A DNA stretch of 64,000 nt from positions 369 through 64,368 of the forward strand of contig JBMNON010000005.1 in NCBI GenBank assembly GCA_050943115.1. The letters run 5' to 3'. Origin of the DNA: Patescibacteria group bacterium (GTDB taxonomy: Bacteria; Patescibacteriota; Microgenomatia; UBA12405). Of this stretch, positions 9,293 to 17,665 are shown piece by piece. Position numbers and translations under genes: made by a program. Every line of letters starts with the position of its first letter. The first letter of the stretch is position 1. Under the pieces are notes generated by a model. That model was not told the DNA's origin. It saw only the letters and a list, made by a program, of their open reading frames with translations, and made no database searches.

Positions 9293-9559
9293 ATGAAAGT
9301 AATGAAATTTGGTGCTGTTTGGTGCTCCGGATGCTTAATAATGAAACCACGGTGGGAAAAAATTGAAAAAGAATGGTTGTGGTTAGAAACTGAATACTAT
9401 GACGTTGACGATAATCAAGAAATCGTGAAAAGATTTAATATTAACGAATACCCTTGTTTTATTTTTCTTGATAAGGAAGGCAAGGAAATTGAAAGACTTT
9501 ATGGTGAAGTGGCTGAAGAAAAGCTAAGAGCTGTAATTGTAAAAAATAAAAATAAATAA
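9293..9559 (+). CDS. thioredoxin-family protein
   Basis: 88 aa with 'WCSGC' CxxC active site in thioredoxin-fold position. Confidence 0.6.
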   Translation: MKVMKFGAVWCSGCLIMKPRWEKIEKEWLWLETEYYDVDDNQEIVKRFNINEYPCFIFLDKEGKEIERLYGEVAEEKLRAVIVKNKNK

Positions 9560-9561
9560 TT

Positions 9562-10437
9562 ATGGTTAAAAGGATAGTAGCGAAATTATTGTTATTTGTA
9601 ATAATTGGCGGGGTTTTTGTGTCTCCAGTATATGCGACAGCAGAAGACAAATGGATAAATTTTTATTATGGTGTTGGCTGTCCCCATTGTGCCAAGGAAA
9701 AAGAATTTTTGGGTGAGATTGAAGAATACTATGATGGGAAGTTGAAAATTAACGAGTACGAAATTTACGAAAACCAGGTTAATGCAGAAAAATTCAATGA
9801 AGATATTGATCGTTTTGGAATTGAATTGGCCGGGGTACCTTTGTTGGTTATGGGCGATAGTTACGTAATTGGTTTTGGCAATAAAGCAACGACAGGTAGG
9901 CAGATTGTGCAAGAACTGGACGAATATTATGAGATAAAAACGAATATCCCGGAAGTTATATTCAACGGAGAAATAGAAAGTGATGGGGTCGAAGCGAATA
10001 AAAAGGGCTTATTTTTAAAAGTCTTTGGCATTAATATTGATTTAAAGACCGTTTCCCTTCCTGCAGCAACAATCTTGATTGCTTTTGTGGATGGATTTAA
10101 CCCGTGTGCAATGTGGATTTTGATTTTCCTGATAACGATGTTGATTAATATGAGGGACAAGAAAAGGCTGTATATTCTGGGATCAACTTTTATCCTGGTT
10201 TCGGGAATAATGTATTTTTTATTTTTAGCGGCTTGGTTTAATTTATTCAAACTTGTAGGTTATATTTATTGGATAAAAGCTGCGGTAGGAATAGTGGCAA
10301 TAATTTGCGGCTTGATCCATCTTAAAAACGGCTTGCTGTCAGGAGGCGGATGCAAGGTAACCAACCAAGAGCAGAGGGTCGGTATCATGAACAGGATTAA
10401 AAAATATTGGGAGAAAAGTCATTTGTCCTGGCAATGA
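9562..10437 (+). CDS. membrane thiol-disulfide oxidoreductase: signal peptide + thioredoxin-like domain (CPHC) fused to CcdA/DsbD-like TM domain (N-terminal half)
   Basis: Signal peptide, 'GCPHCAKEKEF' CxxC, then TM segment 'FVDGFNPCAMWIL' resembling CcdA TM1 Cys motif. Confidence 0.45.
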   Translation: MVKRIVAKLLLFVIIGGVFVSPVYATAEDKWINFYYGVGCPHCAKEKEFLGEIEEYYDGKLKINEYEIYENQVNAEKFNEDIDRFGIELAGVPLLVMGDSYVIGFGNKATTGRQIVQELDEYYEIKTNIPEVIFNGEIESDGVEANKKGLFLKVFGINIDLKTVSLPAATILIAFVDGFNPCAMWILIFLITMLINMRDKKRLYILGSTFILVSGIMYFLFLAAWFNLFKLVGYIYWIKAAVGIVAIICGLIHLKNGLLSGGGCKVTNQEQRVGIMNRIKKYWEKSHLSWQ

Positions 10438-10751
10438 CAGGAATTGTAACCTTAGCAATATCAGTTAACTTAATTGAGTTGGTTTGTTCGGCAGGACTGC
10501 CAGCAATTTACACAAATTTAATTTCATCGATTAATTTGGCGACGGGAAAATATTATTTTTACTTAATACTCTATACTTTGATCTTTATGCTTGATGATTT
10601 ACTAATATTTTTTATTGCTGTCAAGACTTTTGAAGTGAGCGGGATTAGTAGTAAATATTCACGTATTTCCGGGATTGTTGGGGGGTTTTTGATCTTTATA
10701 ATAGGGATAATACTTATTACTAAGCCGGAATTGTTGATGTTTAATTACTAA
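10434..10751 (+). CDS. membrane protein, probable C-terminal half of split CcdA/DsbD-like transporter
   Basis: ATGA overlap with preceding gene (ATG 10434 / TGA 10435-10437); hydrophobic, contains 'ELVCSAGLP' second Cys; the ORF track gave a TTG start at 10407. Confidence 0.35.
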   Translation: MTGIVTLAISVNLIELVCSAGLPAIYTNLISSINLATGKYYFYLILYTLIFMLDDLLIFFIAVKTFEVSGISSKYSRISGIVGGFLIFIIGIILITKPELLMFNY

Positions 10752-10804
10752 CGAGATATTATTTAATTAGAGAATATATATTCATTAAATTTTAAAGGAG
10801 TTAT

Positions 10805-10945
10805 ATGCCAAATAGAGACAAAACTGGTCCACAAGGTAAAGGTGCTGGGACAGGTAAAGGTTTGGGTGGTTGTGTTAAGAGTGGGCCGTCTGACAAGAAT
10901 GGCCAAGGAGTAGGAAGAGGCCGAGGGGTTGGCAGAAGAAGATAG
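10805..10945 (+). CDS. DUF5320-family small Gly-rich protein (46 aa)
   Basis: MPNRDKTGPQGKGAGTGKGLGGC... matches the DUF5320 N-terminal pattern MPxxDxTGPxGxGxxTGxGxGxC; AAAGGAG Shine-Dalgarno at 10794-10800; not in ORF track (<60 aa). Confidence 0.5.
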   Translation: MPNRDKTGPQGKGAGTGKGLGGCVKSGPSDKNGQGVGRGRGVGRRR

Positions 10946-11025
10946 TTTTTGATTAGGATGAGTAAAAATTAGTACGAGTGTGGGTCGGCAAGGTGTGAGA
11001 AGGGATAAGTTGGGCTATAATTCTG

Positions 11026-11439
11026 TTGATGGAAGTTTTTGGTTTAATTGCACCTTGTGGGATGAATTGCGGAACTTGTTTGGCGTATTTACGGAAAAAG
11101 AACAGATGTTTGGGGTGCCGGGAAAATCAGCCGAATGCGCGGATGCGCCATCTGGGAGCGTGTGTAATCCGGAATTGTGAGGAGCTTAAAAGCAAAGAGA
11201 AGGAATTTTGTGGAAGCTGGTGTGGAAGATTCCCCTGCCGTAGGCTGAAGGCATTGAATAAAAGGTATGAAATTAAATACGGAGTAAGCTTTTTGGAAAA
11301 TTTGCAAAAAATTGAGGAGGTTGGAATGAAAAGGTTTATGATTCTGGAAGAAAAGAAGTGGAGGTGTCAAAATTGTGGCGATATGATTTGCGTACATAAA
11401 GGCAAGTGCCTTATTTGTGAGATAATGAATCATAAATGA
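11026..11439 (+). CDS. DUF3795-like Cys-rich protein with C-terminal zinc-ribbon extension
   Basis: 'APCGMNCGTCLAY...CLGC...GACVIRNC...CGSWCGRFPCRRL' matches DUF3795 Cys pattern; extra 'CQNCGDMICVHKGKCLIC'; ATGA overlap with downstream flavodoxin. Confidence 0.5.
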   Translation: MMEVFGLIAPCGMNCGTCLAYLRKKNRCLGCRENQPNARMRHLGACVIRNCEELKSKEKEFCGSWCGRFPCRRLKALNKRYEIKYGVSFLENLQKIEEVGMKRFMILEEKKWRCQNCGDMICVHKGKCLICEIMNHK

Positions 11440-11873
11440 AAGCCCTGGTAATTTATGATTCTAATTACGGCAATACCGAGAAAATTGCTAAAGTGATAGC
11501 AAAAGAGTTGGGGAATGGAGCATGTGCCAAGAGAGTGAGCGATAATGGTGGTATCGAAGCAGAAAAACCAGATTTGGTGGTGGTGGGAAGTCCGATATTG
11601 GGCTGGAGACCTTCGCATAAGATAGAGAAATTCCTGAACAATCTTAAAGATGATAGCCTGCTAGGAGTGAAGGTGGCGGCTTTTGATACTAGAGTCAAAG
11701 CTTGGTACTCGGGGGATGCAGCCAAAAAAATTGGAAAATGCTTAGAAAGGGCCGGTGGTGAAATGGTGATAGAGCCTGAATTTTTTATCGTAAAAGGGAA
11801 AGAGGGGCCTTTGGCGGACGGAGAAGAAGAGAGAGCGAAAAATTGGACTGAGGCGATCAAATTAAAATTGTAA
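11436..11873 (+). CDS. flavodoxin-like protein
   Basis: 'MKALVIYDSNYGNTEKIAKVIAKELG' canonical short-chain flavodoxin FMN-binding N-terminus; 145 aa. Confidence 0.65.
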   Translation: MKALVIYDSNYGNTEKIAKVIAKELGNGACAKRVSDNGGIEAEKPDLVVVGSPILGWRPSHKIEKFLNNLKDDSLLGVKVAAFDTRVKAWYSGDAAKKIGKCLERAGGEMVIEPEFFIVKGKEGPLADGEEERAKNWTEAIKLKL

Positions 11874-11934
11874 GAAATGATAATCGAAATGCTCGGATGT
11901 TAAGGTTGTTAGTTCATGTTTTGAGATAAATATT

Positions 11935-11943
11935 TGTTATAAT
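11935..11943 (+). promoter_or_regulatory. extended -10 promoter element (TGtTATAAT)
   Basis: TG at 11935-11936, TATAAT at 11938-11943, ~145 nt upstream of spoVS-like start. Confidence 0.35.
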
Positions 11944-12010
11944 TTATTAACGAAATCCAACAAAAAGCTGCTGGATTGAGTTACTGCACTTTGATAAGCG
12001 GCAAGAATGT

Positions 12011-12059
12011 CGTACCCAAATTAACGGTTTCAAATTTTGAGAACGGCAGTTTGGGTACG
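12011..12059 (+). promoter_or_regulatory. 10-bp perfect inverted repeat (CGTACCCAAA ... TTTGGGTACG), stem-loop/operator in spoVS-like 5' region
   Basis: Arms at 12011-12020 and 12050-12059 with 29-nt spacer. Confidence 0.4.
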
Positions 12060-12088
12060 TACTTTAAAGTAAAGAAAGTGAGAAGGCC

Positions 12089-12367
12089 ATGCTTCAGGAC
12101 AACACCAAGACATTTAGGGTGGCCGGGAAATCAAAAGCTACTGAAGTAGCAGGTGCCATTGCATGGAGAGTGCGAGAGGTGGGAAAGGCAAAGCTCCTAG
12201 CGGTGGGACCGGCAGCAGTCAACCAAGCCACAAAAGCAGTGGCCATCGCCAGAACGTACCTAGCATTGGAGGGTGTCGAATTAGTTATGGTTCCCGAATT
12301 CGTAGATGTAGATTTTGGAGATAAGAAGGCGACGGGTCTGGAAATCATAGTTGAAAAACGACAATGA
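12089..12367 (+). CDS. SpoVS-family protein
   Basis: 92 aa; 'AGAIAWRVREVGKAKLLAVGPAAVNQATKAVAIARTYLALEGVELVMVPEF' closely mirrors B. subtilis SpoVS. Confidence 0.75.
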   Translation: MLQDNTKTFRVAGKSKATEVAGAIAWRVREVGKAKLLAVGPAAVNQATKAVAIARTYLALEGVELVMVPEFVDVDFGDKKATGLEIIVEKRQ

Positions 12368-12373
12368 AAGGTT

Positions 12374-12428
12374 GGAGGGGCAGCCCGAATGCCAGCCGTT
12401 TCAAGGCTGCCCCCACCTCACTTTTTAA
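12374..12428 (+). terminator. Rho-independent terminator-like hairpin
   Basis: 9-bp GC stem GGGGCAGCC (12377-12385)/GGCTGCCCC (12405-12413), followed by TTTTT at 12422-12426. Confidence 0.5.
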
Positions 12429-12491
12429 ATTTTCATCTTGCCGCATTTTCTATTATTTGAAGGATCTTTGGGGTAGGATTATAATTGTGAT

Positions 12492-13011
12492 ATGAAGAAC
12501 ATATTTATCGGGATAGTTTTGATAGGAATACTAATTTTAACCGGAGTGGTGGCTTACCAAATGGCAACAAAACCAAAAGAGATAAGTGTGGCCGGTGAGA
12601 TTACCCCAACAGTAGCAGAAGATGAGCTAGTCGGTGCAGACCGAGATGAACACGGTTGTATCGGATCGGCCGGATACACTTGGTGTGAAGCAAAGCAAAA
12701 ATGTCTGCGTATATGGGAAGAGGAATGTGGCGACAGCGAAGAAGATAAGGCGCAAATAGCCCAGGCACTAGCCAAAAAACATAGTAAAAATATTGAGGAG
12801 GTAACGGTTACATTTCGCGAAAAAAATGAGGACTATGCTTTTGGGAGCGTAAATTTTTACCTGACGAGGTGGCGGGCAATGCAGGTATGTTTTTGGCGGC
12901 AAAGGTCGAGGGAGAATGGGTAGTACCCTTTGACGGGAATGGGCTTCCTGAGTGCAGCAAAATAGATCCTTATGGTTTTCCGGAAAGTATCTACGATGGA
13001 GCTTGTTACTA
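12492..13011 (+). CDS. small membrane-anchored/secreted protein, apparently frameshifted near 12851-12859 (A3T5 run)
   Basis: Frame 0 ORF 12492-12923 ends in an implausible tail (…RWRAMQVCFWRQRSRENG). Another frame is open 12830-13011 and encodes a protein-like continuation (…KFLPDEVAGNAGMFLAAKVEGEWVVPFDGNGLPECSKIDPYGFPESIYDGACY). Confidence 0.4.
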
Positions 13012-13019
13012 ATTAAAGC

Positions 13020-14351
13020 CTAAGAATACAAAAACTTTAAGGACTTTTTCAGTGATGATTGAATTTCTTCAGGATTGGTAATTTGACCCATTAGTCGTTT
13101 GGCGGCAGCTTGTTTTGGAACTGAAGAGGACTGACTTATGAAATGAGAATAGTCCAGGTAGATTTTGGCAGTTTTGTAAAATTTTTTTATTGAAGTTATT
13201 TGCCGGGAAACGAGGGAGCCGGAAGAACAGGGGTGGTTGCAATTAATGATATGCTCAAAAAATATCCGAAGAGCATATTCAATACTATGTGGGCCGAGGC
13301 GGTTGCCTGATTCAAGATAATAAAATTTTTGGCGGCCGTCAGGAAGACGGATAGAATAAAATTCGGGAGTAATCCGAGATAATGACGGAATGGGAGACAG
13401 ATGGTCTTTTGCCGCTTGAAGAAGAAAATTTTGGGCACCGCCGACGATAATAGATAGATCAAGAGCGCTACTTAATAAATCCGGCTGGCCACGTAGATCT
13501 TCATCTTGGATTAAAAGGGTTTCATCATTTGGGCTGTCCCCGGCTGCGATGACAATGGATAAATTTAACAAGCGCCTTAGATCATATAATGCCTGATGTT
13601 TATCAAGAGGCAGAATATCCAGCCAGTATTTTTGAGGAGTGGCGTGAGGATGCAGGCTTTGATAATTTATTTCCAAACCGGTAGAGACGAGAAGATTGGG
13701 AAAAAGGGATCGGATTTTGTCGCGCAGGATGAGAGAGTCTTTTGGGTTGCGGGCAAAAAAATAGGCGCTAACCTTAAAAGGTTCAGAGGGAGAGTTTTGG
13801 CCCAACAAAAACTTTGACTCGCCGGATGGATCCTGAAAATGAAACTGGTATTTTTGGAAAAATGACTGCGACGACAGAATCTGAAGGTGTTTTACGATTG
13901 CATGACGATTGAAGCCTAAACTAACTAAATGGTTTTTGTATAAATTGTCCGGTTTATACTTTTTTTTGCCCGACATATCCTGATGCAAGATAAATCTTGA
14001 GGTGCCAACATCAGAATAAACGGCGGAGGCGTAGGGTAAGTCCCCTGACTGAATCCTTTCCCATACTGACAAAAATACAGGATTATAAACTGATCTGTCC
14101 AGCAAGAAAGGAAGGCCGGTGGAGAATATTAAGGGTATGTGTGACGAATACAGGGAGGCAGCCAAATAACGGGAAATAGGTTCCAGACTACCGTCTTGCA
14201 TTCGGAAGGTGTTATCGATATCTAGAATAAGAGCGACGCGGGGGATTGACATTGTATCCTGATACCGGAGCTGACTTTCCAAGATAGAACCAGGGAGAAG
14301 AGGGTGAATATTTTTGTTTTTTATCGTGAGCTTGCCATTTCCTAGTGCCAT
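13020..14351 (-). CDS. HAD-superfamily (IIB/Cof-SPP-like) phosphatase with C-terminal extension
   Basis: Motif I 'LILDIDNTF', motif III/IV 'AAGDSPNDETLL'; 443 aa. Confidence 0.5.
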   Translation of the reverse strand: MALGNGKLTIKNKNIHPLLPGSILESQLRYQDTMSIPRVALILDIDNTFRMQDGSLEPISRYLAASLYSSHIPLIFSTGLPFLLDRSVYNPVFLSVWERIQSGDLPYASAVYSDVGTSRFILHQDMSGKKKYKPDNLYKNHLVSLGFNRHAIVKHLQILSSQSFFQKYQFHFQDPSGESKFLLGQNSPSEPFKVSAYFFARNPKDSLILRDKIRSLFPNLLVSTGLEINYQSLHPHATPQKYWLDILPLDKHQALYDLRRLLNLSIVIAAGDSPNDETLLIQDEDLRGQPDLLSSALDLSIIVGGAQNFLLQAAKDHLSPIPSLSRITPEFYSIRLPDGRQKFYYLESGNRLGPHSIEYALRIFFEHIINCNHPCSSGSLVSRQITSIKKFYKTAKIYLDYSHFISQSSSVPKQAAAKRLMGQITNPEEIQSSLKKSLKFLYS

Positions 14352-14608
14352 CGGGTTATTACTAAATTATATTAATAAAGTTTGCTGGTTTTGGAGAAAA
14401 GAGGTAAGGGGTGGGTAAGAAATATATTTATAAATTTCTTACAGAATCCATGTCTTTTTATTACAAAATTATTACAATATATTTTGGATAATTAAGCAGA
14501 GCGCTTAGTATTCACAAGACTCGGCAGAAAGAGTCTTTTGGTGAAAGGTAAAGTGTCGGAGGTAATTTTTATTTTATTTTGAGGGAAATTTATAATTAAG
14601 AAGAGAAA

Positions 14609-15757
14609 ATGACACTAGAAAAGGTATATAACTCGTCGCTGAAGTTTTTGTACCCATTGAGCTTAAGACGGACTTTTGAGATTGTGGTTTCGGAAGCAAT
14701 GGGATTGGTGGGAGCTAAATACGGATCCCTGTTTATGGAATCGGAGGGTAAGCTGAAAAGAATGTATGCTTCAGATCCGATATTATTCGAGGTTAAGACA
14801 AGGAAAAAGGGAGTGACCTATAAAGCTTATAAGAGCGAGAAGGTAGTAATACTAAAAAACAGCGAATTAATGAAAATACATCCGGAGTTTAAAGATATCA
14901 GAGCAGGGATGGATGTGAGCATTCCCTTAAGTTATAACAAGATAACACTGGGGGTGTTATCGGTAATTTCAGAGAAAGGCATAGAATTTACCAAAGAAGA
15001 TATCAGAAGCCTTAGATTGTTTTCGCCGTTGGCTATGCTGGCCTTGAGAAAAGCGATACTTTACAGTGAAATACACCGAGCTTTGGAAGAGAGAGATCTG
15101 TTTGTCTCGATTGCTTCACATGAACTGAAAACACCACTAACTTCGATTTTCGCTTATAGCCAAATGATGGCCAAAAAAGTAAAGAGCGGGGTAATGCCGT
15201 CTGTGGAGAACATGGACAGGCTGCTTTCTGAAGAAATGAGGCTAAATAAGTTAGTGTCCGATTTCCTGGAAGTGAATAATATCAGAAGAGGGAAGATCAG
15301 TCTGGACATGAAAAAAATCAGAATCTCAACAGTGTTGGAAGCTGCCATAAATAGTTTTGAAATCAGCGATGGAAAGCATCCGGTGGAACTTAAGAATAAA
15401 ATTAAAGATATCGTAGTCGAAGGCGACAGGGATAAATTAATGCAAGTATTTTTGAATATTTTGAATAATGCCGGAAAATATTCACCTAAAGGCAGTGTAA
15501 TAAAGGTTAGTGCCATCAATGAAGGCAACGAGGCGGTGGTAATAATAAAAGATAAAGGAGTGGGTATCCCCGAAAAAGACTTGCCTTTCGTGTTCGAAAG
15601 ATTTTACCGGGCTGAAAACGCCAGAAAAACGGGAACGGGACTAGGTTTATATTTAGTGCGGCATGTTGTCAGAAAACATGGCGGAAAAATAAATATTAAA
15701 TCCAAAGAAAGGCAAGGAACGACAGTAGAAGTCCGCATTCCCAAAACCAATGAATAG
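14609..15757 (+). CDS. cytoplasmic sensor histidine kinase with N-terminal GAF-like domain
   Basis: H-box 'SIASHELKTPLTSI', N-box 'LNILNNAGKYSP', G-boxes 'DKGVGIPEKD' and 'GTGLGLYLVRHVV'; no TM segments. Confidence 0.8.
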   Translation: MTLEKVYNSSLKFLYPLSLRRTFEIVVSEAMGLVGAKYGSLFMESEGKLKRMYASDPILFEVKTRKKGVTYKAYKSEKVVILKNSELMKIHPEFKDIRAGMDVSIPLSYNKITLGVLSVISEKGIEFTKEDIRSLRLFSPLAMLALRKAILYSEIHRALEERDLFVSIASHELKTPLTSIFAYSQMMAKKVKSGVMPSVENMDRLLSEEMRLNKLVSDFLEVNNIRRGKISLDMKKIRISTVLEAAINSFEISDGKHPVELKNKIKDIVVEGDRDKLMQVFLNILNNAGKYSPKGSVIKVSAINEGNEAVVIIKDKGVGIPEKDLPFVFERFYRAENARKTGTGLGLYLVRHVVRKHGGKINIKSKERQGTTVEVRIPKTNE

Positions 15758-17027
15758 GAGAATTGAACAGCAAGGCAGCTTTGAATATGAACCAAAGGAA
15801 AAAGGCCAAAAAAGAGTCAAATTAAATGAACTCAAAAGAAGGCAGGAAGACTTGTTTGCCGAATTTGAAGAATATAAAGAAGTATTTTTTATAAACGGCG
15901 GCTTTCCGGATTTAAAGGCGTTTTTTAGACCATTACTAAGGCGGTTTGAAAAGAGGGCGGTGGCGGCTAGCAAAGGCAAGGAAAACAACAGGCAAGCCGA
16001 GGTGATAATAGTAACCGGAATGCCGGGGGCGGGAAAAACCCGTCTGGCAGATTTGGTAAGAGAGGCCGGAGAGATCGAAAAGGAAAGACTGGATATCGTG
16101 GGCAGTATAAGAGTTGACTTCGTCCATATACCATGGGAGGAATCAGAAGACGAGCTAAGGGAAAGCGGTGTTATAGCCACAAGGGGAATGGCACCTGACT
16201 CCATAGAAGATTTGTTTAAAGTGGGTGAGCTAATGGAAGAGAAGACGGCAAAGGCAATTAGAGAGGGAGGCGCATACAGAATAGTGATGGTTGAAAAACC
16301 GGGAGGAACATTTGTAAATGTGGGAGGCGAGCAAATTATCGAGAGGCCTTATGCCCCGGATTTACTTAAACATTTACTTGAGGGAGAGGGTGTTTTTGCA
16401 GATATAAGCAGGAAAAATGTTTTTGTATCGGGGATTGGAATTGTAGGAGGCCCAAAAATGGAAATTTTGGATTACTACCGCCAGGAACTAAAAAGAATAC
16501 ATCAATACTTGACAAAAGGAGCCATTAACGAAGCAAGGGCGAGAGAGGTATTAAGAGAAGTAAACGATATTTTTGGGATACCGGTGGCAAATCAAGTAAG
16601 CAGTCTAGAAGAGCTGAGGACAATGCAGGAAGGAGGGAGTGTTGAGACAATAAATATGGCAAGAGCAGCTTCTGACAAACTGATTGATAGACTGATCGGT
16701 GGAGGAAGAATAAGTTATCCGCAATATTTTGACGTAGTACTGAGAGGCAATAATTTTACCCATGAAAACTTATTCAGCAGAATCCCTAAAAATGTTAACC
16801 AACTGATAAGACAATCAAATAAAATTGCAGAAATCCTAAGCATAACAACAGGAGATGAGAGAAAAAGATATTTTGAAAGGTTTATAAGAAACTTAATTGT
16901 TGCCCGTGTACTTTTTGAAGACATGGAGGGCGTAGACAGAAGAACAGTAGTGTTGAATAATCCGGAAAAAATTTGGGTTGCCGATGTGCCGAAGCTTCGA
17001 AATCATTTAAAGAACCGTTCGTTGTAG
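15750..17027 (+). CDS. P-loop NTPase of unknown function
   Basis: Walker A 'VTGMPGAGKT'; 425 aa; 8-nt overlap with upstream histidine kinase. Confidence 0.45.
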   Translation: MNRRIEQQGSFEYEPKEKGQKRVKLNELKRRQEDLFAEFEEYKEVFFINGGFPDLKAFFRPLLRRFEKRAVAASKGKENNRQAEVIIVTGMPGAGKTRLADLVREAGEIEKERLDIVGSIRVDFVHIPWEESEDELRESGVIATRGMAPDSIEDLFKVGELMEEKTAKAIREGGAYRIVMVEKPGGTFVNVGGEQIIERPYAPDLLKHLLEGEGVFADISRKNVFVSGIGIVGGPKMEILDYYRQELKRIHQYLTKGAINEARAREVLREVNDIFGIPVANQVSSLEELRTMQEGGSVETINMARAASDKLIDRLIGGGRISYPQYFDVVLRGNNFTHENLFSRIPKNVNQLIRQSNKIAEILSITTGDERKRYFERFIRNLIVARVLFEDMEGVDRRTVVLNNPEKIWVADVPKLRNHLKNRSL

Positions 17028-17287
17028 GCAAGGGAGAGGTTAACTTACCTCTTTACAGAAGACGGGGGTATGGTAAGATGTTTAATCGCTTGATTGAAGT
17101 TATTATTTTGATAAACCATGTCGAATAAATTATACCTGCCAATTATTTATCTAGCTATTTTTGTGATCACCGGTGCAATTAGCAAAGGCCATATGTTGAG
17201 ACTGGACCAGATGGGACAGTTCGTGGGTTTGGGTGGCGTAGTAGTGGGCTATTTTGTTGGTAAAAGAATGAAAAAATAGTCTATAAT

Positions 17288-17665
17288 TTGTTTGTGGAAG
17301 AAGAAAGGAAAGAAAAAGTAGAAAAAATAAAAGAGAAAAGGAGAAACGAGGGTGATAGTGTAGTAGGGGCGATATTTCTGATATTTTTAGGAGTAACATT
17401 TTTATTAACTAATTTGGGTTTAGTATCTTCGGAAGTATGGATAATAATTGGAAAATATTGGCCGGTTACTTTTATACTTATTGGAATGCAAATAATTGCC
17501 GGCAGAAGCCATCTGGCCAGGCTGCTTATGGGGTTACTGGCCGTGTTTGTTTTTAGTTCGATATTAATAATTGGAATTGAAGAGACCAATCCCTTATTGA
17601 TTGATGATTGGCAGCTTAAAACTCTCCCTTGGTATAACTGGTTAGATGTTATAAAAATAAGATGA
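17288..17665 (+). CDS. small membrane protein (LiaF-N-like / DUF-type)
   Basis: Charged N-terminus followed by 3 predicted TM helices; 4-bp overlap with downstream LiaF-like gene. Confidence 0.35.
   Translation: MFVEEERKEKVEKIKEKRRNEGDSVVGAIFLIFLGVTFLLTNLGLVSSEVWIIIGKYWPVTFILIGMQIIAGRSHLARLLMGLLAVFVFSSILIIGIEETNPLLIDDWQLKTLPWYNWLDVIKIR

Noticed and set aside
11089-11860. Minus-strand ORFs 11089-11433 (114 aa) and 11465-11860 (131 aa)
   Set aside because: Antisense to the DUF3795 and flavodoxin genes, whose sense-strand products have clear family motifs.
15653-16204. 183-aa minus-strand ORF
   Set aside because: Antisense to the histidine-kinase/P-loop genes; no motif, Ser/Leu-rich shadow frame.
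17119-17280. Apparent small membrane-protein ORF between the P-loop gene and the LiaF-like genes
   Set aside because: On careful reading the ATG frame hits TGA after 15 codons. The hydrophobic stretch lies in a different frame with no start codon (longest Met-initiated piece is 28 aa).
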